Shown here: in pieces, positions 12,706-25,351 of the stretch
Layout: each line of letters starts with the position of its first letter
Numbering within the stretch: position 1 is the first letter of the stretch
NCBI GenBank assembly: GCA_951406725.2
Contig: OX597821.1
Location: 90,644,001 to 90,708,000, forward strand
DNA length: 64,000 nt
Reading direction: 5' to 3'
DNA from: Octopus vulgaris
Taxonomy: Eukaryota
Position numbers and translations under genes: made by a program
Notes under the pieces: generated by a model
The model's database searches: none
Told to the model about the DNA's origin: nothing
What the model saw: the letters and a program-made list of their open reading frames with translations, nothing else

Positions 12706-13016
12706 TATTGACAATACACTTGACATGGGATGGGGAACCTGAGAGAGTTGATGTGCTCGAATAAGCTCTTGGAGATGGGGAGAGTGAGTGAGTAATGCAT
12801 GAGGATAGCATTTGGTGATCCAGTAGAGAGACACAGGGAGACATAAGTCGATGTGACACGAGGACAGTATTAGTGAAGAAAAGGGTTTGGTGTTTGAAGT
12901 GGTGGGAAAGATAGCTGCAGTGGGAAGGATGTAAGGGCCATGAAGAGGGGATTAGGGTGAGTATCCATTTGTGCCCTTATATAACATGTACACCAACAGT
13001 GCTCCATATCACATAT

Positions 13017-13323
13017 CACCATCATCATCATCACCATCACGTGACCGACCAGTCCATCAGATGTAGTTACACATCGCTGGTCACAATGTGTTCGCATTGT
13101 TTTAGCCTTCGAATGACGCCACCCTGCTGGCTAAGTGAGCAGGCCAACAGAAGAAAGAGTAGTGAAAGAGTACAGCAGGGATCACCACCCCCTGCTGGAG
13201 CCTCGTGGAGCTTTTTTAGGTGTTTTCGCTCAATAAACATTCACAACGCCCGGTCTGGGAATCGAAACTGCGATGCTACGACCGCGAGTCTGCTGCCCTA
13301 ACCACTAGGCCATTGCGCCTCCA
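13017..13323 (-). mobile_element. tRNA-derived SINE, head A + tail 2
   Basis: Same head as 1271 but an unrelated 3' part ending GGTCACGTGATG(GTG/ATG)n; TSD CCATATCACA at 13004-13013 and 13325-13334. Confidence 0.88.
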
Positions 13324-13719
13324 ACCATATCACACATATTTTATGAAATTCAATTTGTGCCATCTTTTGTATTGCTTAGAAACGACAATTCTGAGTGAAT
13401 CAATGCTGATGAATAAACTGAAGCTTGTTTGTAACTTTTTAAAGCAATCTATTCAAATAGAACAAATACACATGAGTGCAGGGATTCGTTTTCAGTACAG
13501 TATTTCATGCATTTCTCATGTTAGTCAAAAGAAGATTTTGATAGAATGAACAGCAAAATGTCTTGTGATATTCATGAATGTACTTGTACAGTCTAATTCC
13601 AATTCTTTCAAATATAGGTTTGGCAGTTTATCCTAACAGGGTCGCAAAAATAAATTATCTCAGAAGGGTTACAGTGGATTAAGTCAATTATAAAATCTTT
13701 GTGGTCTTTTGTCTAAATT

Positions 13720-13935
13720 GGTTTCAAAATTTGACCAAAGGGCAAGAAATTCAGGGGACGGAGATAAGTCAATTACAACAACTCCTGTGTTCAACTGATA
13801 CTTATTTAATTGACCTTGAAGCAATAAAAGCTAAAGTTGACCTAGGTGGAAATTGAACTCAGAACATTAAGATAGATGAAATGCAGTAAGCATTGTGCCA
13901 AGCATGCTAATGATTCTGCCAGCTCACTGCCTTAT
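13720..13935 (-). mobile_element. Degenerate Deu/Nin-type SINE
   Basis: GAACTCAGAAC...CTGCCAGCTCACTGCC. Confidence 0.75.
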
Positions 13936-14673
13936 TAGAAACCATTATTATTTCAATTGTTCAGCAATACTTTTACATGTTCTATTTATCTATGCATAAA
14001 GACATGTATCATTAAAGGTGTTTCTCTTCTTATTTTGTCATTGGATTCATGATATTGAATATGAAGTGAGATTTTGCTCAATTGTATCATTGCAATAATG
14101 AGAGTACCACAGTTGCATTATAGACCTGTAAAAAAATGAAAACAACAAAAAGAAAAGCTTTCTTTATGATGTATTTATATAAGGCTGTAATGCATTAAGA
14201 AATAAAACCTTTTCACAAAAAACACAACTGAATGACTTTTATATGAAGTTAATAGTTTCAGTACTGTCAAGGAATCATTAATAAGCTGCAAAGAGAAAAT
14301 CCTATTGAGTCAACGAAGCACTTTCAACAAGTGCTTCACAGAAAGTTTCCATTGTTGTCTTTTCTGGATGTTACATTAATCAAAACTCAACGCAAAGGTT
14401 GCTAGAAAATTTTAAATAATTGGAGTCAAACTCTTCATTATTCCTCATCCCAAAAGAGATGGTATAAAAAAAAAATTTAAAAAAAGCAGGGAAGTGATAG
14501 AATATATCCTATAGGTTTGCTTTGGTTGAGTGTTTCCCATTAAATTTTTATTGTGTTATGACATGTATTTAAGAAATTGGAAATAAAGTGGATAATGATG
14601 TGCACACAGATACACACACATGCACAGACACACACATGCACATATACATATATACACACACACACATATATAT

Positions 14674-14720
<47 letters not shown>

Positions 14721-14729
14721 TGTATATAT

Positions 14730-15015
14730 AAATACAAAATGGGACAACAAAACATCTATATAGACAGTACAAAGAAAACAGGGATGGGTCATTCGAAGTT
14801 TTCTTTCCATAGTCAAGTTCCAGATTATTTTCACAATTTCGGCTGATTATACTTGAGATTGCTCCAATCTGGATATCCCCAAGGAAATACTAAGCTAAGA
14901 GCATTAGATTCCTTGGAAGAAAACAGAGAATGTATACAAAAACGGATGGAAAAAAATGAACAATGTTACACAAATACAATAAAATAATAACAGGACATAA
15001 CAACAGGTGTCTTTA
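14730..15015 (-). repeat. Microsatellite-associated interspersed repeat, unclassified (possibly PLE-derived); relatives at 33180-33600 (-) and 62655-63190 (+)
   Basis: Shared blocks TTGAGATTGCTCC(A/G)ATCTGG and AGCATTAGAT(T/C)CCTTGGAAGAAA. Confidence 0.75.
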
Positions 15016-15130
15016 AATAATGAGGGTAAAAATTAATATTAATTAAATTAATATCAATTTAAACCAGTAGCCTAACATATTTTTTTAAAATCTGAAGATT
15101 CAGAAAAATCATATTACATACATATAAGAG

Positions 15131-15296
15131 GAATGACCACTAGGTGGATTCCTAATATGCTAAAGGTAGACCCCTGTATGGTCTGACCACTAAGAAAAAT
15201 TGTTCTCGGGAAATTTTTTGAGAACAATTTTTCTTAGTGGTCAGACCATATGGGGGTCTACCTTTAGCATATTAGGAATCCACCTAGTGGTCATTC
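15131..15296. repeat. 77-bp near-perfect inverted repeat with a 12-nt loop
   Basis: Arm 15131-15207 is the reverse complement of 15220-15296 except for one dinucleotide. Confidence 0.95.
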
Positions 15297-15577
15297 TTTT
15301 ATTTATATGTATGTATGTATGTGTGTGTGATCCTCAACAACATTGATTTTATATATGCTTTACTTATGTTGAAATTGTCTGGATGAAAGTTCTTGAGAAT
15401 GTCCTTCTAAACACAAATTTTGAGTAAGAAAACTTTATTCCAGCAAAAGTTAGTAGTCAAACATACAAGATGTGGTACATATTTTTTATGAACAACTCAG
15501 ATATTCATCACCATTAAGTACTCTGAATGTGAAGACATTTTTTAACAAATATTTTGTTACTATGGGGAGCCATGGCC

Positions 15578-15653
15578 GGGGGTAAATTTGCTCAGCTGGT
15601 AGAGCACTCACTTTTCATGCAAGAGCTATCAGGATTGATACCTGTATTCTCCA
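15578..15653 (+). pseudogene. tRNA-Ala-like pseudogene
   Basis: GCTCAGCTGGTAGAGCACTCACTTTTCATGCAAGAG...GGATTGATACC...TTCTCCA resembles eukaryotic tRNA-Ala (GATCGAT T-loop) with many substitutions and a damaged anticodon arm. Confidence 0.65.
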
Positions 15654-15671
15654 CACTGTGCAATCATTTAT

Positions 15672-16007
15672 GTGAAGGTGCATGGCTCAGTAGTTAGAGT
15701 GTCGGGCTCACAATCATGAAGTAGTGAGTTCAATTTCTGGACCAGGCTGTGTGTTGTGTTCTTGAGCAAGGCACTTTATTTCATGTTGTTCCAGTTCACT
15801 CAGCCATAGAAATTAGTTGTGACGTCACTGGTGCCAAGCTGTATCGGCCTTTCCCTTGGATAACAACAGTAGCATCAAGAAGAAAGGTTCATATGCATGA
15901 GTGACAGCTGGTCTTCCATAAACGACCTTGCCCAAACTTGAGCCTCGGAGGGTAACTTTCTAGGTGCAGTTCCATGGTCATTCATGATCGAAGGGGGTCT
16001 TTACCCA
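15672..16007 (+). mobile_element. tRNA-derived V-domain-type SINE carrying tail 3
   Basis: A and B boxes; TGTGTTCTTGAGCAAGGCACTTTATTTC; 3' end GAAGGGGGTCTTTACCC, unlike tail 1. Confidence 0.75.
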
Positions 16008-16654
16008 AGGGATCCATGATGGAACAAAGGGAGCAGATCTAGTTGCACCCTAAATCCAACATATCTTTAATAATGGAAAAAAAGATGCTAACACAAGTTT
16101 ATATAGGGTGTCTAGGAATAGTACATAAAAAGAATGGCCACAATATGGATAACATAAGGAAAAAAGGTAAATATATTTTGTCAACTTAACTTAAAAACCG
16201 TTACACTAATCTTAAATGAAGTTAGCACTAATCTTAATAAAATTAATTTCTGAGGTATTAATGTGAAACTTAGTACATGTAAATATAAACCATTCCACAA
16301 ACATAATGATGATACATCTTACATCAATAAGGGCTCTAACCATCCACCATCCACCATTAAACAATGAGTTAATAGCATTAGTTGGCATGTTTCTAATATC
16401 TATCCTCATATTGCAATGCCACATTAAAAAGATTCTATTTTAAGAACAGTATAATCTATATCGAACCAAATTTAGATAGGCCAAAAGATATAGATGTTGT
16501 AAAATTTTGCAGTATACATGTGCACTTGGTCACTGTATACAATAAACTTATTATTGTATCTTAAAATTAAATGAAGATTGATTAGAATTTGAACCTGATG
16601 TCCACTAATTCACTGCTTCAGCAATCTATAGCATGAAGCTGCAAGCAGGAATCT

Positions 16655-17392
16655 TTTACCTTTTATCTTTTACTTGTTTCAGTCATTCGACTGTGGCCAA
16701 ACTGGAGCACCACCTTTAAGTGTCTTAGTTGAAACAAATAGATCTCAGGATTTATATTTTTAAAGACTGGTAGTTATTCTATCGTTCTCTTTTGCTGAAC
16801 CACTAATTCATGAGTATGTAAACATCTACACTGATTGTCAAGAAGTGGACTCATGAAGACATAAAGACACACACACATAGATATATACATACATGCAAAT
16901 ATATAAGCACTATTATTACCTCCCTTTCAATCAACCGTCATTTTTAAGATTATTACCTCCCTTTCTTTCAGCCTCTTTTTTTTCCAATCAGTCACCATGT
17001 TGTTCCACTGAACTCTACACATTTTTTCATTATCACTGTTTACCTTCTCTTATTACCTACAGTTGAAGAGCATAGGCTCAAAACGTAAAAAAAACCTTTT
17101 CATTTTTTCACAGTGTCAAACTAATACACTTGCTTGTTGTTCATACATCTGTTTTCATCTTTTGTTTTCCTATCAATTTCAATTTATATATATATATATA
17201 TATATATACATACACACATATATATATATATATATATCAGTTTCTATATATACCTATAACCACTCACAAGTTTCTTTGGATTTGATCTGTTTGAAACTAT
17301 AGTAGGAGACATGCACCCAAGGTGCAACACAGTGGGACTGAACCTAGAACCATGTGTTTGGGAAGCAAGCTTCTTACCACACAGCCATGTCC
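16655..17392 (-). mobile_element. Old CORE-type SINE split by a pLTR-like insert (about 16905-17185, decayed HHR at 17055-17095) in its internal microsatellite
   Basis: 3' half at 16655-16880 and 5' half at 17235-17392; the insert has CAGTTGA-AGAGC-ATAG-GCTC-AAAACGTA. Confidence 0.75.
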
Positions 17393-18945
17393 ACATATGA
17401 ATAAGAATATCTTTCACTAATACTTTAATTCACCATAGATCCTTTTCTGGTTAGATAGTATGGTATAAGTTTCAGTTTTAATTTTAAGTCTTCTACTCCT
17501 GCATGTCCAATTCTCCATCTTTTTCCACCTGTGCATCACCCTATCAACAGTTGGTCATAAGCAAGGGTAGTAAACACATCTATTCCCCTACTTCACCCAC
17601 TAAATCCTGGGTCAAACCATGATATTTTTATCAAATTACTTAGAAGATAAGTATAAACAAGACACTGAACAGCTAAGAACAGATAAAGATGTAGCACATA
17701 GAGAGAGAAAAAAAAGGTAAAAGTGTTTCAACATTGTGATAACCACATGGTTTGTTACTGTAAAGAAATGAGAAACATAGTGAAATTGTACTAAAGGACC
17801 TTTGCTGATTCTTTATATCAACAATCTTTACATAAACTCCTACCTGAGGACATAAATTTGTAACAAAATGTGGTATTTCAAGTTAAATCTTAAGTTATTA
17901 AGTTAGTCTCTATCAAAACCTGACGAAAAACAAATAACAAAATGAAACAAAAACATGATAATAACAATAATGAAAGCAATAAAAAAAAATGAAAGAAAAT
18001 GTAAAACTACTGTGAAAAAGAATTTTGGAAGTGAAATCAAAGAAAGTGAAAATTGAAAATGAAAGTAGAATTGGTAAGTTAAAAAAAGATATATAAAAGG
18101 AAAAGTCTGCAAAGAGTTTTATATCATTGATAACAACCATAACACTATCAACATCTTAATGTCAATCATAATCATCTTTATCAACAATATTCATCATCAG
18201 CATCATCAACAAGGACATCAATAACAATTCTATATCAACATCTTCAATTCTTGCATTATCTGAAATTCAAGGTATACCTATTTAAATAAACAAACAATTT
18301 TTGTGCCACTGAAAAGTAAATGAAAAGGTTGCATCATATGTTGTATCACTTCAGACAAAACAGGATCCATCCAATTAGTTTTCAGCTTTCTTAAATCGTC
18401 ATCAAGGAAAAGGAAAGGAACCTGCCTCCTAGTTTTATAAGAGATGTATATTCTTTCACTTAATTGTTTTTAAGATGGTGGTTTGTGATGTAATTGAGAT
18501 TTACCTATTATTTTAAACAGGATCAGCCATCTAGAGAGATTCCATCGTTGATAACATTGTCCTTGAGTGTGTCATAAACTCTGGAGTCTTCAAACAATGA
18601 AGGAACCATTTCATTATTACTCGCTTAATTTGCTAAAAATATCAGTCAAATTTTCCCCCAAAATGACACCGTAATATCTTAAAAATGAAAGAAAACATGA
18701 AATAAACATGAGTTTTCAACACATTATGTCTGCAGAAATATTGTAGTAGCCACATATGTAACACCTTTGAATGTAGATTTACTCAATAATAACTGGTTCA
18801 TGTCTAAGTAACAACAGTAAGAGCAACATACCCTCATGGAAACAAAACAAAAAATTATTACTAGCATGAGAGATACTATATCAGTCAATGGTAAACTGTA
18901 GTCTGAAGGACTTCCTGAATGGCACACCTAAAAAATTTACCTTAA

Positions 18946-19165
18946 CCCTTTAACATTCAAACTAACCATATCAGGCTCAAATAATCTACTTGCTTTATGT
19001 TCAAATTTGCTAGATCCTGCCTTTCACACTTACCCTACCATGTCATTCTAGAAATAAACAAAACCATCATAAAAATCCTGAAGCTATGAGATGATACCTG
19101 ATTAATTCAGAATGATGTGAATAAATAAGCATTATATTAAACAAAATAATCCGAATGATAAAGGG
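18946..19165. mobile_element. piggyBac-type MITE, family 1
   Basis: TTAA|CCCTTTA...TAAAGGG|TTAA; relatives at 7280-7445, 42830-43650 and 61987-62206. Confidence 0.85.
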
Positions 19166-19304
19166 TTAAATCTTTTAGTAGATTGGCTCACCTGATGATG
19201 AACAATATCTCATGCTGCCCACTTCTTGAGAAATCGTTGCCATGCCTGTTCTATATGGTGCTCTAACCAGAAAGAAATGGCAGCTTGTACTCCAGCTATA
19301 AATA

Positions 19305-19878
19305 TTGGGTTGTCCGGAAAGTTTGTGCCGAATTTTAAAGGAAAGAAAAAGGCCAATAAATACTTGCCATTACCCAAGCTTTACCAGGTGCTCATGAACG
19401 ATGGATTTTGATAGGCTGAGGCTTTCTGCCAATTCTCGGGTTGGGCAATGTGGGTTATTCTCAATTAATGACTTGATTTAGTCATCATCTGTAGTGGATG
19501 ATCTGCCTGATCGCTCTTTATCAATAAGGCTACAATCTCCAGCTCAGAACTGTGTGAACCAGTTCCGTACAGTTTTTTCAGATAAAGAAGCATCACTGTA
19601 AACTGCACATATTTCTTTGGTTGCTTGTGAGGCATTTTTCCCTCTACAGAAAAAGAAAAGCATCAAGTGCCAAAAATGAACTTTCTTATCTTCCATTTTA
19701 AAGGGTTACAGAATTAACACAGGTTATAGGAACATAAACCTTCTTCCACAAAGAGATAGCTTAAACTGTGCTCTAAATGGAGGTTTAGTCAAATCCTATC
19801 TTATGGACTCAAACATGTTCTAAAATAAGTTGAAAGGCAAGCTACTATGAATCGGCACAAACTATCTGGACAACCCAA
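19305..19878 (-). mobile_element. Internally deleted mariner (Tc1/mariner) element
   Basis: TA TSD; TIRs TTGGGTTGTCCGGAAAGTTTGTGCCGA and TCGGCACAAACTATCTGGACAACCCAA; minus-strand remnant MEDKKVHF..LML..RGKNASQATKEICAVYSDASLSEKTVRNWFTQF is the mariner N-terminal HTH. Confidence 0.88.
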
Positions 19879-20214
19879 TAATTATAAGCAACTAGTTTTT
19901 TTCTCATAAGGAAGATAGTTATTCTTTCTCTAACGAAGGTCTAACAAAATCAGAAGATGAGATAGTAATCACATTGATCCCAGAGGAAAATATAACCAGC
20001 TGTGTAACTATATGTAATTTTTTCTTTTTTTTAAAGATATTAATTTTAAATCTGTTGAAAAGAAAGTCACTTCATATTATTTCAAAGTATCTGAAAAATA
20101 TATTGCGTATTTCTCTATGAATTAATTATTCTGTCATTATCATCACAAATATCAGTGACACTGCTAACACAGACATCTTGTTGTCACAATTTTATCATTA
20201 GCACCATCACTGAC

Positions 20215-20712
<498 letters not shown>

Positions 20713-20896
20713 ATTCTTCATCATCATCATCATCAGCAGCAGCAGAAGCTGCAACATTATTATTACCAGCACCAGCACCACCACTTTCAAGACTGATAAC
20801 AGTACTGTTGATGTTAGTATGATGATGATGAACATGATGGGGGTGGTGAGGATAGGGACGAGTACAATGGCAATGGTCATCAAACTCATCATCAAT

Positions 20897-21066
20897 AGGT
20901 GCAGGAGTGGCTGTGTGGTAAGTAGCTTGCTAACCAACCACATGGTTCCGGGTTCAGTCCCACTGCGTGGCATCTTGGGCAAGTGTCTTCTGCTATAGCC
21001 CCGGGCCGACCAATGCCTTGTGAGTGGATTTGGTAGACAGAAACTGAAAGAAGCCTGTAGTATATA

Positions 21067-21120
<54 letters not shown>

Positions 21121-21335
21121 ATGTTTGTGTGTGTGTTTGTCCCCCTAGCATTGCTTGACAACCGATGCTGGTGTGTTTACGTCCCCATCACTTAGCGGTT
21201 CGGCAAAAGAGACCGATAGAATAAGTACTAGGCTTACAAAGAATAAGTCCCGGGGTCGATTTGCTTGACTAAAGGCAGTGCTCCAGCATGGCCGCAGTCA
21301 AATGGCTGAAACAAGTAAAAGAGAGAAAGAGAGAG
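20897..21335 (+). mobile_element. CORE-type SINE, full length
   Basis: Same family as 6804. Confidence 0.9.
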
Positions 21336-21460
21336 TATCATCATTGGTCCTGACTGTCTATTATTATTATTCTTGCCTCTACCAATACATCTCTATTTAC
21401 ATCACTGCTACCGTCGGTATCACTATCATAACAACCACCATCACCACAACTAACAACACA

Positions 21461-22104
21461 GCAACACTTAGAACACTACCACTACCACTACCAACATGCA
21501 CTAGCATAGCTAGAGGGGGTGGGTAGAGAGGTGGTCCACCCTGAACAGCACTTTTCTGGAGGTGACACTACTTTTGGGTCTGCTGTAGGAAATATGTATT
21601 TTTTTACTGGGGTCTGGGGATGGAAAACTGAAGGGCTGCCCTGGGTGGCACATCACTCCAGCTATGCTAGTGCCAGTAACACTTAGAACACTACCACTAC
21701 GACTACCAACATGCACCCGCATAGCTAGAGGGGGTGGCTAGAGAGGTGGTCCACCCTGAACAGCAATTTTATGGAGGTGACACCATTTTTGGGTCCGCTG
21801 TAGAAAATATGTATTTTTTTACTGGGGCCTGGACATGGAAAACTGAAGGGCTGCCCTGGGTGGCACACCACTCCAGCTATGCTAGTGCCAGCAACACTTA
21901 GAACACTACCACTACCACTACCAACATGCACCGGCATAGCTAGAGGGGGTGGGTAGAGAGGAGGTCCACCCTGAACAGCACTTTTATGGAGGTGACACAA
22001 ATTTTGGGTCTGCTGTAGGAAATATGTATTTTTTACTGGGGCCTGGGCATGGAAAACTGAAGGGCTGCCCTGGGTGGCACACCACTCCAGCTATGCAAGT
22101 GCCA
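21461..22104. repeat. Three tandem 215-bp units, each containing a TIR-bounded MITE-like element
   Basis: Units start at 21461, 21676 and 21891; internal TIRs CACTAGCATAGCTAGAG and CTCCAGCTATGCTAGTG. Confidence 0.9.
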
Positions 22105-22380
22105 ACACTACCAAAACCAACGTCTCAACAGCATCAGCAATATTTTCATCACCGCCAACATCACCCCAACTGACTTTACTTATGGCACTACCACCGCCAC
22201 CACAACCATCAACACTAACATATACAACACCTTCACCAACTCCCCTGCCACGACCACCACAAGCTGTCTCCACCTCCACCACCACCATCATCCTCATCTC
22301 CAATAATGACTAGTCTTATCACTATCATCTTTACCAACCCACTCATATTCTTTAAGCATCCTCAGCACAACTATGCCTCT

Positions 22381-22948
22381 CCATCATCATCACCACCACC
22401 ACCACCACCACTACCATTACCATCACATTCATCATCATCATAATCATCATCATCATCGTCATCATCATTGTCATTGTCATTGTCCTCACCACTATCACTA
22501 CCACCACAACCACCACCATCACCACCACCACCACCATCATGGTCATCATCATCATAATTGTCATCATAATCATCGTCATCATCATTGTCATTGTCATTGT
22601 CCTCACCACTATCACCACCACCACAACCACCACCATCACCACCACCACCACCATCACGGTCATCATCATCATAATTGTCATCATCATCATGATCATCGTC
22701 TTCATTGTCATTGCCATTGTCCTCGGCCCTATCACCACCACCACCATCACGTTCATCATCATCATAATTGTCATCATCATCATTATCACCACCACCACCA
22801 CCACTACCACCACCACCACCATCACAACCACCACCACCACGTTCATCATCATCATAATTGTCATCATCATCATCATCATCATCGTCAGCGTTGTCATTGT
22901 TATTGTCCTCACCCCATCACCACCACCACCACCACCACCACCACCACT
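22381..22948. repeat. (CAT/CAC)n compound microsatellite with ~117-120-bp higher-order period
   Basis: Marker TGTCCTC recurs at 22481, 22598, 22718 and 22904. Confidence 0.9.
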
Positions 22949-23108
22949 GCAGCTTTATTTACATATTTGCATTCAACATTTGGATTACTTAAATGTTTTG
23001 CCCCAGAATATTTGTTTTAAATTTTGACACAAAGCCAGTAATTTCAAGGGTAGAGAACAAGTTAATTACATTGATCCCCCAAAGAACCTTTATACTTCAC
23101 CAATAGAT

Positions 23109-23528
23109 AGGCGCAGGAGTGAATGTGTGGTAAGTAGCTTGTTTACCAGCCACATGGTTCCGGGTTCAGTCCCACTGCGTGGCATCTTGGGCAAGTGTCT
23201 TCTACTATAGCCTCGGGCCGACCATAGCCTTGTGAGTGGATTTGGTAGACGGAAACTGAAAGAAGCCTGTCGTATATATGTATATATATATATATATGCG
23301 TGTGTGTGTTTGTGCGTCTCTGTTGGTTCCCCTAGCATTGCTTGACAACCGATGCTGGTGTGTTTATGTCCCCGTTACTTAGTGGTTCGGCAAAAGAGAC
23401 CGATAGAATAAGTACTAGGCTTACAAAAGAATAAGTCTCGGGGTCGAGTTGCTCGATTGAAGGCGGTGCTCCAGCATGGCCACAGTCAAATGACTGAAAC
23501 AAGTAAAAGAATAAAAGAGTAAAAGAGA
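23109..23528 (+). mobile_element. CORE-type SINE, full length
   Basis: Same family as 6804. Confidence 0.9.
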
Positions 23529-23569
23529 TACACATTTTATCGCACTTCTGACAAGCATTTTTTTTTAAA

Positions 23570-23895
23570 AGCACCATTCAAGGCTTGGGCCTCATGGAAG
23601 CAGTGACAGGTGACTGAGACCTTTGGTGATATTCCATACTTGAGAAGACCTTTCAAGCCAAGTGAGGTTGCAGTCATAGCTGATGCAGGTGTCACATCAA
23701 CAGTACCCATGCCAGTGGCATATAAAAATCACCCACTACACTCTTAGTGTGTGTGGTTGGCATTAGGAAGGACATCCTGCCATACCAAATCAGACTGGAA
23801 TCTGGTGCAGCTCCCTGGGTTACCAGCTTCCAGTCAAACAGTCCAACCCATGCCAGCATGGAAAGCAGACATTAAATGATGAAAATGATGATGAT
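23570..23895 (+). mobile_element. Degenerate Meta-type SINE
   Basis: GGCATTAGGAAGGACATCC...GCATGGAAAGCAGACATTAAATGATG. Confidence 0.75.
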
Positions 23896-24384
23896 TTACT
23901 GACATAGCACCAATAGTTTACCCGCATTCTGCTTTATTACTATACACTAACATATGTGTGACTTTATAAAAGTCACTTCATAAAAAGATATATTTTACAT
24001 TGATAGTATACAAAATAATTGATTAGGGAAAAACTGATTCACTGTAACCAGTGAATCCTTCAATATAAGAAAGGAGCTTTTATAAGTGTAACTTTATTTG
24101 TACCATAACCACAAGATGAAGAGTAGTACCATAACTGTTTCCAAAGATTCCATGAGCAGTGAGAGGAATTGAAAGAATTATCCTCAAACATGAAATCTGG
24201 CTAGAATGTTTGCAATCTAATGGAGTCCTGTAAGGATGTCCATGATTACATTAGAAGTGATGGAGTTAAGCAAAGCAACATATTATGATTACCATCCAGA
24301 AATGAAATTAAATTTCACTCACAAGTCTGAGTCTATGATAGAAGACACTACATCAAGGTGTCACTACTGAGCAAAATTAAACAC

Positions 24385-24618
24385 TTATTTCTTTATTGCC
24401 CACAAGAGGCTAAACATAGAGGGGACAAACAAGGACAGACAAAGGGATTAAGTCGATTACATTGACCCCAGTGTGTAACTGGTACTTAATTTATCGACCC
24501 CGAAAGGGTTAAAGGCAAAGTCAGTCTCGGTGGAATTTGAACTCAGAATGTATCGGGAGACGAAATACCACTAAGCATTTCGCCCGGTGTGCTGACATTT
24601 CTGCCAGCTCGCCGCCTT
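24385..24618 (-). mobile_element. Deu/Nin-type SINE, full length
   Basis: Close to the copy at 50287-50514. Confidence 0.88.
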
Positions 24619-25235
24619 ATCAAACACTAAAATCAAACACTAAATCCATGTAGATTGAAGCAAATTTTTTAACCACATTGCCATGAGTGAAATAGATAGT
24701 ACAAGGTTACATTATCAGAGAATTTCAGTGATATATACAGAAACTATAATCCAATCAATTCCAAAAGATTTCATTTGGAAATTAAGAGCCATAGTGATTA
24801 GACAAATATATAGGACAGGAGATAGATTAGAGATGTGCCAAACAGTACTTGCCATGATGAATCCATTGGGAAATAAAACAAATTGGAAAACTAATCATAA
24901 AATTTTAGATGAAATTGAAACCTGAATGAAATGTCTGCTCAAACTTCAAATATTCTGTAAAAATCTAATAAAAGCCATTAACCATTGTGTTTTTGTTGTT
25001 GTTATTGCTTGGTTCTAAATCACTACTGGCAAAGCAGATTTGCAAGTAAATACATTCTGTCTATGACCATCGTATTGTGTATTTAGGACAATTTTTTTCC
25101 AGTGCATCCTATCTTTATATTTTTCTTAAGATGGGGGGAGGGTGTAATTGTAATTTGAGGGAGAATTGTCTGCTATTTATAGTAGGTTGAACAAACCACA
25201 TAAAGGCTCCATTATTATTAGTTTACATTACTGCA

Positions 25236-25287
<52 letters not shown>

Positions 25288-25311
25288 GGTGGTGGTGGTG
25301 GTAGTAGTGGC

Positions 25312-25351
<40 letters not shown>

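Larger units (their letters stand above)
15430..16420 (+). pseudogene. Degraded PLE reverse transcriptase (YRDD type), interrupted by a tRNA pseudogene and a SINE
   Basis: Frameshifted translation gives YFVTMGSH / HDGTKGADLV / SLYR..CLGIVHKKNGHNMDNIRKK / NLNKINF*GINVKLSTCKYKPFHKHNDDTSYINKGSNHPPSTIKQ, matching PLE RT motifs FDVTMGSxDGAE, GLYRDDGL, NFLD and YINxxSNHPP. Confidence 0.75.

Noticed and set aside
16250-16370. In-frame TGA codons in the PLE RT as selenocysteine, which is known in some Naiads
   Set aside because: They are not at Cys-like positions, the copy is otherwise frameshifted, and no SECIS was recognised
21461-22104. CRISPR-like array
   Set aside because: Whole units are repeated with no unique spacers, no cas genes, and the context is eukaryotic
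22373-23020. His/Cys-rich 215-aa ORF as a metal-binding or beak-type protein
   Set aside because: Pure CAT/CAC repeat, open in other frames too, with no signal peptide or unique domain
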